A DNA stretch of 64,000 bases from the human T2T-CHM13v2.0 reference genome, Homo sapiens (GCF_009914755.1 NC_060925.1); one strand, 5' to 3'; shown: positions 24,370-46,728, counted from the first letter of the stretch. Notes: generated by a model from the letters alone, not told the origin. A program made the numbers and translations.

Positions 24370-25498
24370 TGCTCTGTTGTCTTTAACGTTCAGTCAGTCA
24401 TTGATCACACATTTTCCATGTGCCAGTCCCCGTGCTGGGGATGTGGAGACACATGCCCTCAGGGAACCCAGTCGTGGGGAGCATGTGCAGACAGATAATC
24501 AGCATTGAATATGTGACTCTGACAGCATGCCCTGGTGTTGAATAGGACCGACAGGCGTGCAAAAGGTGGGCTGACAGCACCAGAGCAGCCTGAGGGGTGG
24601 GGTGTGCTGCGGGGTCTCACGGAAGCAGTGACGCGGTCCTGTGGAGAGTAATGAGGCTGGGGACAACATATGGAGGACATTGCGTGCTATGCTGAGAACT
24701 TCAGATCGTATCCATCTGGAAAATGTGAAGATAATAATGGAACCTATCTCGTATGAGAATTTGAGGAGGGAATACATGCAAAGTGCTCACAGCGGTGCCA
24801 GGCACACTGTGGGTCCTCACTAACGCTTCGCTATTATCATTATTGCTCTCCGAGGTGAAGAAGAGCCACAGAAGGCCTTTAAGCAGGAAATTGATATTCA
24901 CATCTGCATTTTGGAAGGATTATTCTGGCTGTGGGGCTGAGTGGGTCAGAGTGGGACAAGAGGAAAGAGGCAGGAAGAGGCTGAGCCTCAATTGGGGTGG
25001 CCTGGCCCAGGGCAGTGGCAGCAGGTTGGAGAGAGCTGAGGGGGTGGGGAAGCACCAGAACCTGGTGACTGGCAGGGCGGGGTTGGTGGAGGCCGGAGGA
25101 ATTTTGAGCTTGACTTCTAGGTTCTGGCCTGGCACTGAGGGGTGAGGGTGCCTTTCGCTAAGGTGTAGTCCCAGCAGCAGCGCCAGGTTTGGAGGGGAAG
25201 CTGATGAACTCAGCTTTGAAAGGACTGCGGTTGAAGGACCTCCCGGTGGAGGTGTCAGAGAGGCTGCTGGGTACTCGGGGAAGAGCTCTGTGCTGCTGCT
25301 GAGGTTATGGGCAGCTCCAGCATGTGGTGTAAGAATCAGGTGAGCAAATGAGGTCACCCAGGAAAGGTTGTAGAGAGAGAAGAGGGCCTAGAAGGAACCC
25401 TGGAGGAGCTCTGCGTCCTGCCCACGGGAAGGGCAGGGGAGAGAGAGGAAACAGAGAAGGAGCAGCTGAAAGGAAGAGAGCCGAGCAGGGAGGGATCC

Positions 25499-25674
25499 TG
25501 GACTACCTGAGAGGGGCCACCATCCCTTCCATCTGTCCTGGCTCATTTCATTAGGTGAATGCAGGGCTTCGGGAGGGACTCTGGGTGTTCAGAGCCCTCA
25601 GCAGTTTCGGGACTGCCTGAGAGGGGGCCACCACCTGTCCTAGCTCATTTCATTAGGTGAGTGCAGGGCTTCGA
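25499..25674. repeat. Local direct duplication of a ~65-bp unit
   Basis: cctgagagggg..ccacca..ctgtcct.gctcatttcattaggtga.tgcagggcttcg at ~25499 and ~25609. Confidence 0.85.
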
Positions 25675-25949
25675 GAGACCCTTCACCTGCCCCATCCCAG
25701 CTCAGACCACTCTACCAGGCAAGGGGATTTGGTACCATGGTCAGAGGAGTCCCCAGTCCATCACTTTTCTGATAGGTGATGTGGCAACCTGTGAGCTCCA
25801 TGGCTGGCACCACGAGATAGAGGGCCTGGCTGTGGCCTGTGGAGTGAAAGCAGGATGTGAGCATCACCGGGAAGGCTGGGTCCCCTGCAGGAGAAGCAGG
25901 TCAACCTTGGCTCTTACCCCACCCCACCCGCTTTCTCCATTCTTTGCAG

Positions 25950-26073
25950 TCCATCGACCCTGGACAGCAGTTCACGTGGGAGAATTCAAACCTGGAGGTG
26001 AACAAGCCCAAGAACCGCTATGCGAATGTCATCGCCTACGACCACTCTCGAGTCATCCTTACCTCTATCGATG
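25950..26073 (+). CDS. PTPRF: PTPRF D1 exon (SIDPGQQ...KNRYANV...TSID)
   Basis: KNRY pTyr loop; canonical splice sites. Confidence 0.97.
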
Positions 26074-26240
26074 GTGAGCCAAGGGGGTGCCCCTCCCATC
26101 CCCTTGCTCTCCCCCTTGCTAGCTAGGGCAACATGTCATTCTACAGAGGATGTCCACGAGTCTCAGGGGTGCACTGAGGCATGGTGGGCTGGGCTGGGGA
26201 CCCTGTAGTAATGCCCTCCCACCTCCTTTCTTATCCATAG

Positions 26241-26416
26241 GCGTCCCCGGGAGTGACTACATCAATGCCAACTACATCGATGGCTACCGCAAGCAGAATG
26301 CCTACATCGCCACGCAGGGCCCCCTGCCCGAGACCATGGGCGATTTCTGGAGAATGGTGTGGGAACAGCGCACGGCCACTGTGGTCATGATGACACGGCT
26401 GGAGGAGAAGTCCCGG
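26241..26416 (+). CDS. PTPRF: PTPRF D1 exon (GSDYINAN...YIATQGP...EEKSR)
   Basis: DYINA and IATQGP motifs. Confidence 0.97.
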
Positions 26417-26523
26417 GTGAGGCTGCAGGGCCCTGCCAGGAGGCGGGTGGGAAATGCCCAGCCACAAGGTGATACAGGGCACCTTCTTCTGTGCCGCTTT
26501 CTTCTGTGGAGGAAGTCGCTCAA

Positions 26524-26750
26524 GTGATCCCCAGATGCTATTGTTACTGGGGGTATTATGCTCCCCAAATACTGGGTGTTTCTGGGATACAGCATGTTCC
26601 CCACATGCTAGTGGGTTCCTTAAGATGTTAATATGTTTCACCAAATGCTGTCATTTTCGGAGAATGTTAATGTGTTCCCCAGTTGCTGGCGTGTTCCCGG
26701 GGTATTCGTGTGTTCCCCAGATGCTGGAGTGTTCCTGGGGCATTAACACA
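26524..26750. repeat. Degenerate ~38-bp minisatellite, ~6 copies
   Basis: consensus GTTCCCCAGATGCTGG.GTGTTCCTGGGGTATT..TGT. Confidence 0.75.
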
Positions 26751-27134
26751 TCTCCTAAGTTAATTAGTGGAAAGAGCTGCTGTTATCTGTTTTTGGACTG
26801 CAAAGCATTGACTGGAACGTAAAATTTACAGAGCTTGAAAATGGCACATAAACGTTATGGGTAAATTTGGCAGAAAATGTGCCTGGTGCGATCTGGCGTT
26901 GAATAAATAATTTTCAATTATGACCCTTATTCCACTAGCTAGGGCAGGGCGGTGACATAGCTTGAGGACCTGATGTGGCTTGTGGAGGACAGGGGGCAAT
27001 GGATCTGAGAGCTCAGGGCTGGGGGGCTTTGTAGCCAGAAAGGCTACAGCCAGGGAGTTGACCAGCCTCCACCCTGCTTCTGCCCGTCTGAGCCTGTGGG
27101 CTTCCTTCAGCCTGCCCTGCTCATCCTCCTGCAG

Positions 27135-27254
27135 GTAAAATGTGATCAGTACTGGCCAGCCCGTGGCACCGAGACCTGTGGCCTTATTCAGGTGACCCTG
27201 TTGGACACAGTGGAGCTGGCCACATACACTGTGCGCACCTTCGCACTCCACAAG
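27135..27254 (+). CDS. PTPRF: PTPRF D1 exon (VKCDQYWP...FALHK)
   Basis: KCxxYWP motif, 120 nt. Confidence 0.97.
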
Positions 27255-27552
27255 GTATAGCCTTTCCCCGGTGCATATCTCTTACCCAGACACTGTAAGG
27301 ACAGTGGCCTGGGTGTGGTGTGCTGGGTCGGGGGGAAGCTGGAGCCTGGGTGTTGGAGGGTCGGAGGCTCAGGTGTGTGAGTGATGTGATGATCCATGTT
27401 ATGGGAACAGTGCTAGGAGCTTCAGGCTACTCTGTGTGGCTTCTGAGTCCCATGGGGAAGTGGCGGGTATGGCCTCAGCATCAGGTCATTCAGTCCTGAG
27501 TCTATGGCAGGTAGGCTCCTAGTCGCCAGTATGTCCCCACTTTGTCCCCCAG

Positions 27553-27707
27553 AGTGGCTCCAGTGAGAAGCGTGAGCTGCGTCAGTTTCAGTTCATGGCC
27601 TGGCCAGACCATGGAGTTCCTGAGTACCCAACTCCCATCCTGGCCTTCCTACGACGGGTCAAGGCCTGCAACCCCCTAGACGCAGGGCCCATGGTGGTGC
27701 ACTGCAG
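27553..27707 (+). CDS. PTPRF: PTPRF D1 exon with WPD loop and catalytic Cys (…WPDHGVP…VVHC)
   Basis: 155 nt; motifs read directly. Confidence 0.97.
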
Positions 27708-27792
27708 GTGAGAGGGTACAGTGCCACCCAGAGGGGTGGGTGGGGTGGGAGGTGGGGGCGCCTGTGCCTCAAGCTGAGCCCGTGTCCTGCAG

Positions 27793-28078
27793 CGCGGGCG
27801 TGGGCCGCACCGGCTGCTTCATCGTGATTGATGCCATGTTGGAGCGGATGAAGCACGAGAAGACGGTGGACATCTATGGCCACGTGACCTGCATGCGATC
27901 ACAGAGGAACTACATGGTGCAGACGGAGGACCAGTACGTGTTCATCCATGAGGCGCTGCTGGAGGCTGCCACGTGCGGCCACACAGAGGTGCCTGCCCGC
28001 AACCTGTATGCCCACATCCAGAAGCTGGGCCAAGTGCCTCCAGGGGAGAGTGTGACCGCCATGGAGCTCGAGTTCAAG
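27793..28078 (+). CDS. PTPRF: PTPRF D1 C-terminus/linker (SAGVGRTG...MELEFK)
   Basis: P-loop and Q-loop motifs. Confidence 0.97.
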
Positions 28079-28184
28079 GTGGGGCTCGGGTGGGCCTGCT
28101 TGGCTCCAGGGCCTAGACTGGGTCATGCAGATGACCCCCACCCCCACAGGAAGCCTGGCCTGACCAATCCCTGCCTCTCAATAG

Positions 28185-28363
28185 TTGCTGGCCAGCTCCA
28201 AGGCCCACACGTCCCGCTTCATCAGCGCCAACCTGCCCTGCAACAAGTTCAAGAACCGGCTGGTGAACATCATGCCCTACGAATTGACCCGTGTGTGTCT
28301 GCAGCCCATCCGTGGTGTGGAGGGCTCTGACTACATCAATGCCAGCTTCCTGGATGGTTATAG
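28185..28363 (+). CDS. PTPRF: PTPRF D2 exon (LLASSKAH...KNRLVNI...LDGY)
   Basis: aatag| and TAG|gtcagc. Confidence 0.96.
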
Positions 28364-28599
28364 GTCAGCATGCATGTCACTGCCCCACCATGCCCTACAG
28401 GGGCCTAGGCCTGTGCCTGGCTGGTGGGGGTGGGCAGCAGAGTAGGGCCAGCCTAGAAGACCAGAGAGGGCTGGGTAGAGCAGTGAGGACTTCCTGGAGG
28501 AGGGGTGATCTGAGCAGGGCCCCAAGGGGCTAGGCAGCCTAAGGGGAGACTCTAGGGGCAGCAGCACCTCCAGCATGTCCAGTCTTATGTCCACCCCAG

Positions 28600-28726
28600 A
28601 CAGCAGAAGGCCTACATAGCTACACAGGGGCCTCTGGCAGAGAGCACCGAGGACTTCTGGCGCATGCTATGGGAGCACAATTCCACCATCATCGTCATGC
28701 TGACCAAGCTTCGGGAGATGGGCAGG
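28600..28726 (+). CDS. PTPRF: PTPRF D2 exon ([11 protein letters not shown]...REMGR)
   Basis: motifs and canonical splice sites. Confidence 0.96.
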
Positions 28727-28958
28727 GTGAGCCCACCCTTTCCCCCAGGGCCCCTGTCATACCTGGGAGAACACCAGCCACCCTTGGGGGAGCTGCCGCC
28801 TATGTTACTGTCTCCTTTGACACCCCAGCTGCTTGTCAGCATGGCCTCAGGCGCCCGTTATTACTACCTGAGGCATCTGTCCCAGAATCCTGTGAAGCCT
28901 GGCACCCCTCCCCCATTCCTTCTCACCTGATTATGGGGGCCCGACCCTCTGTCCACAG

Positions 28959-29084
28959 GAGAAATGCCACCAGTACTGGCCAGCAGAGCGCTCTGCTCGC
29001 TACCAGTACTTTGTTGTTGACCCGATGGCTGAGTACAACATGCCCCAGTATATCCTGCGTGAGTTCAAGGTCACGGATGCCCGG
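28959..29084 (+). CDS. PTPRF: PTPRF D2 exon (EKCHQYWP...VTDAR)
   Basis: 126 nt, phase 0-0. Confidence 0.96.
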
Positions 29085-29342
29085 GTGAGTGAGTGCATTG
29101 AGTGTGTCCATAACGCTGCCTGTCCACACGCTGGGTGGATGGCTGCCTGCATGGTACCTTAGCTCAAGCTTCAGAAATCTGAGGCGGTGGGTGGGTATTA
29201 GGGTGTGAGCACATCTCCCCCTGTGGCCTCGGGTGCAGTGACACAGATGCATGCCTGTATCATGGTACTACCCTGGTCTAGTCCAGAGGGGTGGCTGCCT
29301 AAGGCACGAATTCTAATCATGTACCCCACCCACCTTTCCCAG

Positions 29343-29497
29343 GATGGGCAGTCAAGGACAATCCGGCAGTTCCAGTTCACAGACTGGCCAGAGCAGGGCG
29401 TGCCCAAGACAGGCGAGGGATTCATTGACTTCATCGGGCAGGTGCATAAGACCAAGGAGCAGTTTGGACAGGATGGGCCTATCACGGTGCACTGCAG
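29343..29497 (+). CDS. PTPRF: PTPRF D2 exon (DGQSR...WPEQGVP...TVHC)
   Basis: 155 nt; WPE replaces WPD. Confidence 0.96.
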
Positions 29498-29601
29498 GTG
29501 GGACTGGCCCCCTGGAGGGCTGGGGTGGGTGGGCCTGAAGGCCTGGCAGACCCACTGCATGAGGCAAGCAGGACTCCTGACCCAACTGTGTTTCTGAGCA
29601 G

Positions 29602-29737
29602 TGCTGGCGTGGGCCGCACCGGGGTGTTCATCACTCTGAGCATCGTCCTGGAGCGCATGCGCTATGAGGGCGTGGTCGACATGTTTCAGACCGTGAAGAC
29701 CCTGCGTACACAGCGTCCTGCCATGGTGCAGACAGAG
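29602..29737 (+). CDS. PTPRF: PTPRF D2 exon (SAGVGRTGV...MVQTE)
   Basis: gagcag| and GAG|gtaacg. Confidence 0.96.
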
Positions 29738-29865
29738 GTAACGCAGACCAGGCTGCAGGGCCAGGGCCTTGGCAGCAGCGCTGCTGGGAACCCTAGGCTT
29801 TAGCAACAGTTTGATGCCCACAGGCATGTGCATTCATTCATGCTGCCAACCTTTCACGTGGCCTG

Positions 29866-30039
29866 CGATAGGCATGGTGGTGTGTGCTTATGGTCCTACC
29901 TACTTGGGAGGTTGATGTGGGAGAATCACTTGAGGTCAGAAGTTCGAGGCTGCAGTGAGCTATGATTATACCACGGCACTCCAGCCTGGGTGGCAGAGCA
30001 AGACCCTGTTGCTGAAAACAAAACAAAACAAAACAAAAA
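29866..30039 (+). mobile_element. Old Alu monomer (FRAM/AluJ-like)
   Basis: single arm with (AAAAC)n tail. Confidence 0.8.
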
Positions 30040-30439
30040 TGCTGCAACATTGCCTGTGCTGCCTGGGGGCTCAGGGGATTGATGAGTAAGATGTGTTCTT
30101 TCATTCGGCAGCTCTCTGCTGAGCCCCAGTGGTGTGCCTGGCTCTGGGCAAGGTTGCACAGAGCAATCCTTATGGGGTGCCCAGTCAGGAGCAGAGAAAC
30201 ATGATTGGGATGGCAGATGGAAGGCAGGTAGATGTGGGGGCCTGAGAGAATGACAGGAGAGAGATGAGCCTTCAGAGGCTCTTTCAGGCTCCCCCGCACA
30301 CTGCCTGATGTAGCTGCCAGGGTCCAGCATCTGCTCTTGGCCAGCAGAGGCTAACTCCATGGCTGCAGTGTGAGTGTCAGCTGTGTAGTGGGGGTGTCCA
30401 CTGGCGCGACCCACACTGACCAGCCCCCTATCCTGGCAG

Positions 30440-30508
30440 GACCAGTATCAGCTGTGCTACCGTGCGGCCCTGGAGTACCTCGGCAGCTTTGACCACTATG
30501 CAACGTAA
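30440..30508 (+). CDS. PTPRF: PTPRF last coding segment ([22 protein letters not shown])
   Basis: LAR-family C-terminus; TAA at 30506-30508. Confidence 0.97.
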   Translation, partial: DQYQLCYRAALEYLGSFDHYAT

Positions 30509-31790
30509 CTACCGCTCCCCTCTCCTCCGCCACCCCCGCCGTGGGGCTCCGGAGGGGACCCAGCTCCTCTGAGCCATACCGACCATCGTCCAGCCCTCCT
30601 ACGCAGATGCTGTCACTGGCAGAGCACAGCCCACGGGGATCACAGCGTTTCAGGAACGTTGCCACACCAATCAGAGAGCCTAGAACATCCCTGGGCAAGT
30701 GGATGGCCCAGCAGGCAGGCACTGTGGCCCTTCTGTCCACCAGACCCACCTGGAGCCCGCTTCAAGCTCTCTGTTGCGCTCCCGCATTTCTCATGCTTCT
30801 TCTCATGGGGTGGGGTTGGGGCAAAGCCTCCTTTTTAATACATTAAGTGGGGTAGACTGAGGGATTTTAGCCTCTTCCCTCTGATTTTTCCTTTCGCGAA
30901 TCCGTATCTGCAGAATGGGCCACTGTAGGGGTTGGGGTTTATTTTGTTTTGTTTTTTTTTTTCTTGAGTTCACTTTGGATCCTTATTTTGTATGACTTCT
31001 GCTGAAGGACAGAACATTGCCTTCCTCGTGCAGAGCTGGGGCTGCCAGCCTGAGCGGAGGCTCGGCCGTGGGCCGGGAGGCAGTGCTGATCCGGCTGCTC
31101 CTCCAGCCCTTCAGACGAGATCCTGTTTCAGCTAAATGCAGGGAAACTCAATGTTTTTTTAAGTTTTGTTTTCCCTTTAAAGCCTTTTTTTAGGCCACAT
31201 TGACAGTGGTGGGCGGGGAGAAGATAGGGAACACTCATCCCTGGTCGTCTATCCCAGTGTGTGTTTAACATTCACAGCCCAGAACCACAGATGTGTCTGG
31301 GAGAGCCTGGCAAGGCATTCCTCATCACCATCGTGTTTGCAAAGGTTAAAACAAAAACAAAAAACCACAAAAATAAAAAACAAAAAAAACAAAAAACCCA
31401 AGAAAAAAAAAAAGAGTCAGCCCTTGGCTTCTGCTTCAAACCCTCAAGAGGGGAAGCAACTCCGTGTGCCTGGGGTTCCCGAGGGAGCTGCTGGCTGACC
31501 TGGGCCCACAGAGCCTGGCTTTGGTCCCCAGCATTGCAGTATGGTGTGGTGTTTGTAGGCTGTGGGGTCTGGCTGTGTGGCCAAGGTGAATAGCACAGGT
31601 TAGGGTGTGTGCCACACCCCATGCACCTCAGGGCCAAGCGGGGGCGTGGCTGGCCTTTCAGGTCCAGGCCAGTGGGCCTGGTAGCACATGTCTGTCCTCA
31701 GAGCAGGGGCCAGATGATTTTCCTCCCTGGTTTGCAGCTGTTTTCAAAGCCCCCGATAATCGCTCTTTTCCACTCCAAGATGCCCTCATA

Positions 31791-31813
31791 AACCAATGTG
31801 GCAAGACTACTGG
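31791..31813 (+). promoter_or_regulatory. Extensively complementary miR-199-3p site in PTPRF 3'UTR
   Basis: AACCAATGTGGCAAGACTACTGG vs reverse complement of miR-199a-3p TAACCAATGTGCAGACTACTGT. Confidence 0.75.
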
Positions 31814-32140
31814 ACTTCTATCAATGGTACTCTAATCAGTCCTTATTATCCCAGCTTGCTGAGGGGCAGGGAGAGCGCCTCTTCCTCTGGGCAGCGCTAT
31901 CTAGATAGGTAAGTGGGGGCGGGGAAGGGTGCATAGCTGTTTTAGCTGAGGGACGTGGTGCCGACGTCCCCAAACCTAGCTAGGCTAAGTCAAGATCAAC
32001 ATTCCAGGGTTGGTAATGTTGGATGATGAAACATTCATTTTTACCTTGTGGATGCTAGTGCTGTAGAGTTCACTGTTGTACACAGTCTGTTTTCTATTTG
32101 TTAAGAAAAACTACAGCATCATTGCATAATTCTTGATGGT

Positions 32141-32146
32141 AATAAA
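32141..32146 (+). terminator. PTPRF polyadenylation signal AATAAA
   Basis: AATAAA in AU-rich context, TGTA elements upstream, GT-rich sequence downstream. Confidence 0.85.
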
Positions 32147-32859
32147 TTTGAATAATCAGATTTCTTACAAACCAGGACTCTGTCTCAGCTGTTTCTGGAA
32201 CCAAAGAGTCTGGGCCAAATCAGTAGCTAGGATGGGTTCTGGAGATTCCCTGCTCCTGAGGAGACGGGGAGGGTACCCTAAGTATTTGTGCCAGTGTAGG
32301 CTCCTGGCATGGCTACCCACTTTCAGAAAGGAGTGGTTATAAACCCTGAAAACCAGGCCACCAAGAGCCAGCCAGGCCAGAGCCACCAGTGCATGTGAAG
32401 AGCACCCTAGGCCGGGGAGCATACCCTTTGCCTCTCTTTCCCTTTAAGATTCTGTGGGTTGCACTGTCGGGGCATTGGGACTGCCCCTCTCCCACTACCT
32501 TGGAGGAGAGGGATGGCCCTGTGGCAGTAGAGACTGAATGTATGGAAATTGGTTAGTGAGATCTCCTGTAATTATTGCAATGTGGATAATGGACACAAAA
32601 AACAGTGTGTCCATCTGGCCCCTGGACACACAGCTGCATCACCCACTGAGCTGTGCAGCTGCTCCACTGGTGAGCAGACAAGTCCTACCAGGTTGTCAAA
32701 TTGTGGAACTTCTAGGGATACAGATGAAGGAGACCCAGAACAAGCTGCGAAGAGAAATGCGTAAGTCAGCAACGACCACACCAAGGCAGCATCTGACCCA
32801 GGGAAGGCTTCCTGGAGGAGGTGGCATTCAGAGTGTTTCGTAGAATGAGTAGCAGTTAG

Positions 32860-40432
<7,573 letters not shown>

Positions 40433-41158
40433 TGAACTACTCATTTAACTTTTGTGGCTTTATTACCTGACACAACTAATTTTTATTTTTTCAAAATTAG
40501 TGCCATTCCCCTATTTTTCTTCCAAACGGACATTAGATTACTTTTTGAAAATTCCTCTTCCTCAATTTTTATTGCAGATATTTATTTTACTCAAGAAAGT
40601 TGACAATAACATTTCTGAAGCACGTATGTGTTAACATAAAACAAAGAAAAGCAGGTTGGAGTCTAAATGAAGCTTAAACTTTCTGATGAAAAGAAAGCTG
40701 TGTTCCTCCAGCCCTGCTGAAAGTGAGGAAGCGCTGTCTGACCTATGCAACCATCCCAGGTTCTAGAGTGAGAGCTGTGATGTAATTCAAGGATACTTGG
40801 GACCTGTCCATGGTCCCCCAGCAACGGCAGGCTGGCACTTTTGACACTTGATGCCCTTGTCCCTGCTGGTCTGTCTAACCTTCCATACATGGTCCATTTC
40901 TCTTTTTCACTCCAGCCTTATGTAAATACTTGTGGTTTCCTAAGCACACGATGTTAAACATTTATAACAATTGAAGGGTTAAATAACCCTAATAGATAAG
41001 CCTTCTTTCAAATCAGTAAGAACAAAAGTAAACACCCTAATAGAAAATGGACACAAATAGGCAATTTCAAAAGGAGATAGGCAAATTCCAGTAAAAATAC
41101 TGAAGCTATTATCCTCACTACTAATAAAAGAAGTATACATCAAAACAAGAATGAGGTA

Positions 41159-41512
41159 CCGTTGGCCCTCTGTATACATGGGTTCTGCATCCATGGATTC
41201 AACCAACCTCAGATCAAAATTATTCAGGAAAGGCTGGGCGCAGTGGCTCACACCTGTAATCCTAGCACTTTCGGAGGCCAAGGTGGGTGGATCACTTGAG
41301 GTCAGGAGTTCAAGACCAGCTTGGCTAACATGGTGAAACACCATCTCTACTAACAATACAAAAATTCGTTGGGTATGGTGGCACACGCCTGTAATCCCAG
41401 CTACTCGGCGGGGGCTGAGGCATGAGAATCACTTGAACCCAGCAGGTGGAGGTTGCAGTGAGCCAAGATCGCACCACTGCACTCCAGCCTGGGCCACAGA
41501 GCAAAAAAAAAA

Positions 41513-41558
<46 letters not shown>

Positions 41559-41990
41559 GTGCGCACGCATGTATGTATACATGTATGTATATATGTATGT
41601 ATAAATATGTGTGTATATGTGTATGTATACGTGTATGTGTATATATGTATGTATACATGCATGTGTATATATGTATACATGTACATGTATATATATGTAT
41701 GTGTATGTATATATGTGTATTAGAGAAAAAAACTTTCATCTGCAGTGAACATGCACAGACTTTTTTTCTTGTTAGTATTCCCTAAACAATACAGTATAAC
41801 TATTTACATAGCACTTACAATGTATTGGATATTGTAAGTAATCTAGAGATGATTTAAAGTATAAGAGAGGATATGCATAGGTTATATGCAAGTACTACAC
41901 CATTTTATGTTGGGGACTTGAGCATGGGCAAATGTTGGTATCTGTGGGAGGTCCTGGAAGCAATCCCCCATGGATACTGAGGGACAACTG
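41159..41990 (-). mobile_element. MER2 (TcMar-Tigger) interrupted by Alu 41232-41512(+) and a microsatellite
   Basis: ends ccgttggccctctgtat / atactgagggacaactg; internal MER2 motifs; flanks look like old L1. Confidence 0.8.
41513..41720. repeat. Compound (AT)n(GT)n/(GTAT)n microsatellite
   Basis: read directly; follows the Alu polyA. Confidence 0.95.
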
Positions 41991-42284
41991 TTTGACTGTT
42001 TGACTATAAAATTGGCAAGAGTTATGTGTCAATATTGATGCAGGGAATTAGGCACTTATAAATTGCTAGTGGGAATATAAACTGGTTCTACATTTTTGGA
42101 GGAGAATGTGCAGTATCTATCAAAACCCTTAAATTATGCTTTAATTTGACCCAGCAATACAAGTTTAGGAATTTACATTAAAAAATTGTACAAATAATTT
42201 AAAAATCTGTGGGGAAAGATTCACTACATCATCATTCATAATACTGAAAAATTGAACATATTATACACACACACATATAGGCTA

Positions 42285-42820
<536 letters not shown>

Positions 42821-43639
42821 AAGGATAGACACCAAAATGTTAGCACATTGCTGGGTGGTTATGTTCCCTATTTTAAATGCATTTTCTAATTTTCCTACCT
42901 CTGATACACACTTTTTTCATAAGCATGTGTCACATAGAAAAACAGCATGCTGTGGTTGCATGTTATCCCCTCTTCCTGGAGCCCTTCCTGGCACTTCTCA
43001 TCCAAGGTCAGTCTTCCAGGAGTCCCTCCTTAGCCCCTCCTCTTCCTTGCTCAATTAGTCTCACATCCAGCTGTGTTGCTGGTCCAGGAACCATAGCACT
43101 GTGCTGAAATTATTATTCGTGCTTCCTCAGCTGTTCAAATAGTAAAATAGGGGGAAAATACCAAGAAAATTATCCAGGCTGTCGTGCAGAAAGGAAATGA
43201 AAATTGGCATTATAATTATGGTTTGATTCATCTGTCTTCACTGGACTGTGAACTTCTTGAGGGCAAGAACTGTGTCTCACTTGCCTCCCAGCTTAAGAGC
43301 CTACCCAGAGTCGGGACTCCATCAATGTTTGCTGAGTGGATGCCGGCCCTGTAGTGGGAGGTCAGTCTGATTGTCAGAAGGAATGCCTGGCAGCTGCCAG
43401 CACCCAATCCTCAAGAATCTTCACTCCCAACTCCTCAGAGGCCCTTTTGCTCCCTCCCTGAGACACGCCCTAGTCTGCTCCAAGAGGGACTTCATATCTC
43501 ACAAGGGATCTCTGCATCCACCACACCAAACTTCACCCTTACCATGTAAGCTGCTTTTCTCCCAGTCCCCGACACCAACAGTAGAAATAGTTTACGTGGA
43601 GATTCACCAAGGAACATTACGTTTAAAATCAGTAAGGAG

Positions 43640-46620
<2,981 letters not shown>

Positions 46621-46728
46621 TGAAGTACCTGTAATTGTCCCAAGTAGAGGGATGGAGTTGTTATCTCTGTATTTCCAGAGTCAGCACAAAATAGATGCTT
46701 AGTAAAAAGTCTTTAAATAAAAGAATGC

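Larger units (their letters stand above)
30509..32170 (+). other. PTPRF: PTPRF 3'UTR
   Basis: between stop codon and AATAAA; free of interspersed repeats; end approximate. Confidence 0.85.

Noticed and set aside
26524-26750. CRISPR-like array
   Set aside because: Degenerate contiguous units without unique spacers, eukaryotic intron, no cas genes
30506-30512. Stop-codon readthrough signal (TAA CTAC)
   Set aside because: The efficient motif is TGA CTAG; TAA is the least leaky stop
31770-31870. Antisense miR-199-like hairpin gene
   Set aside because: No complementary 5p arm within hairpin distance, so interpreted as a target site
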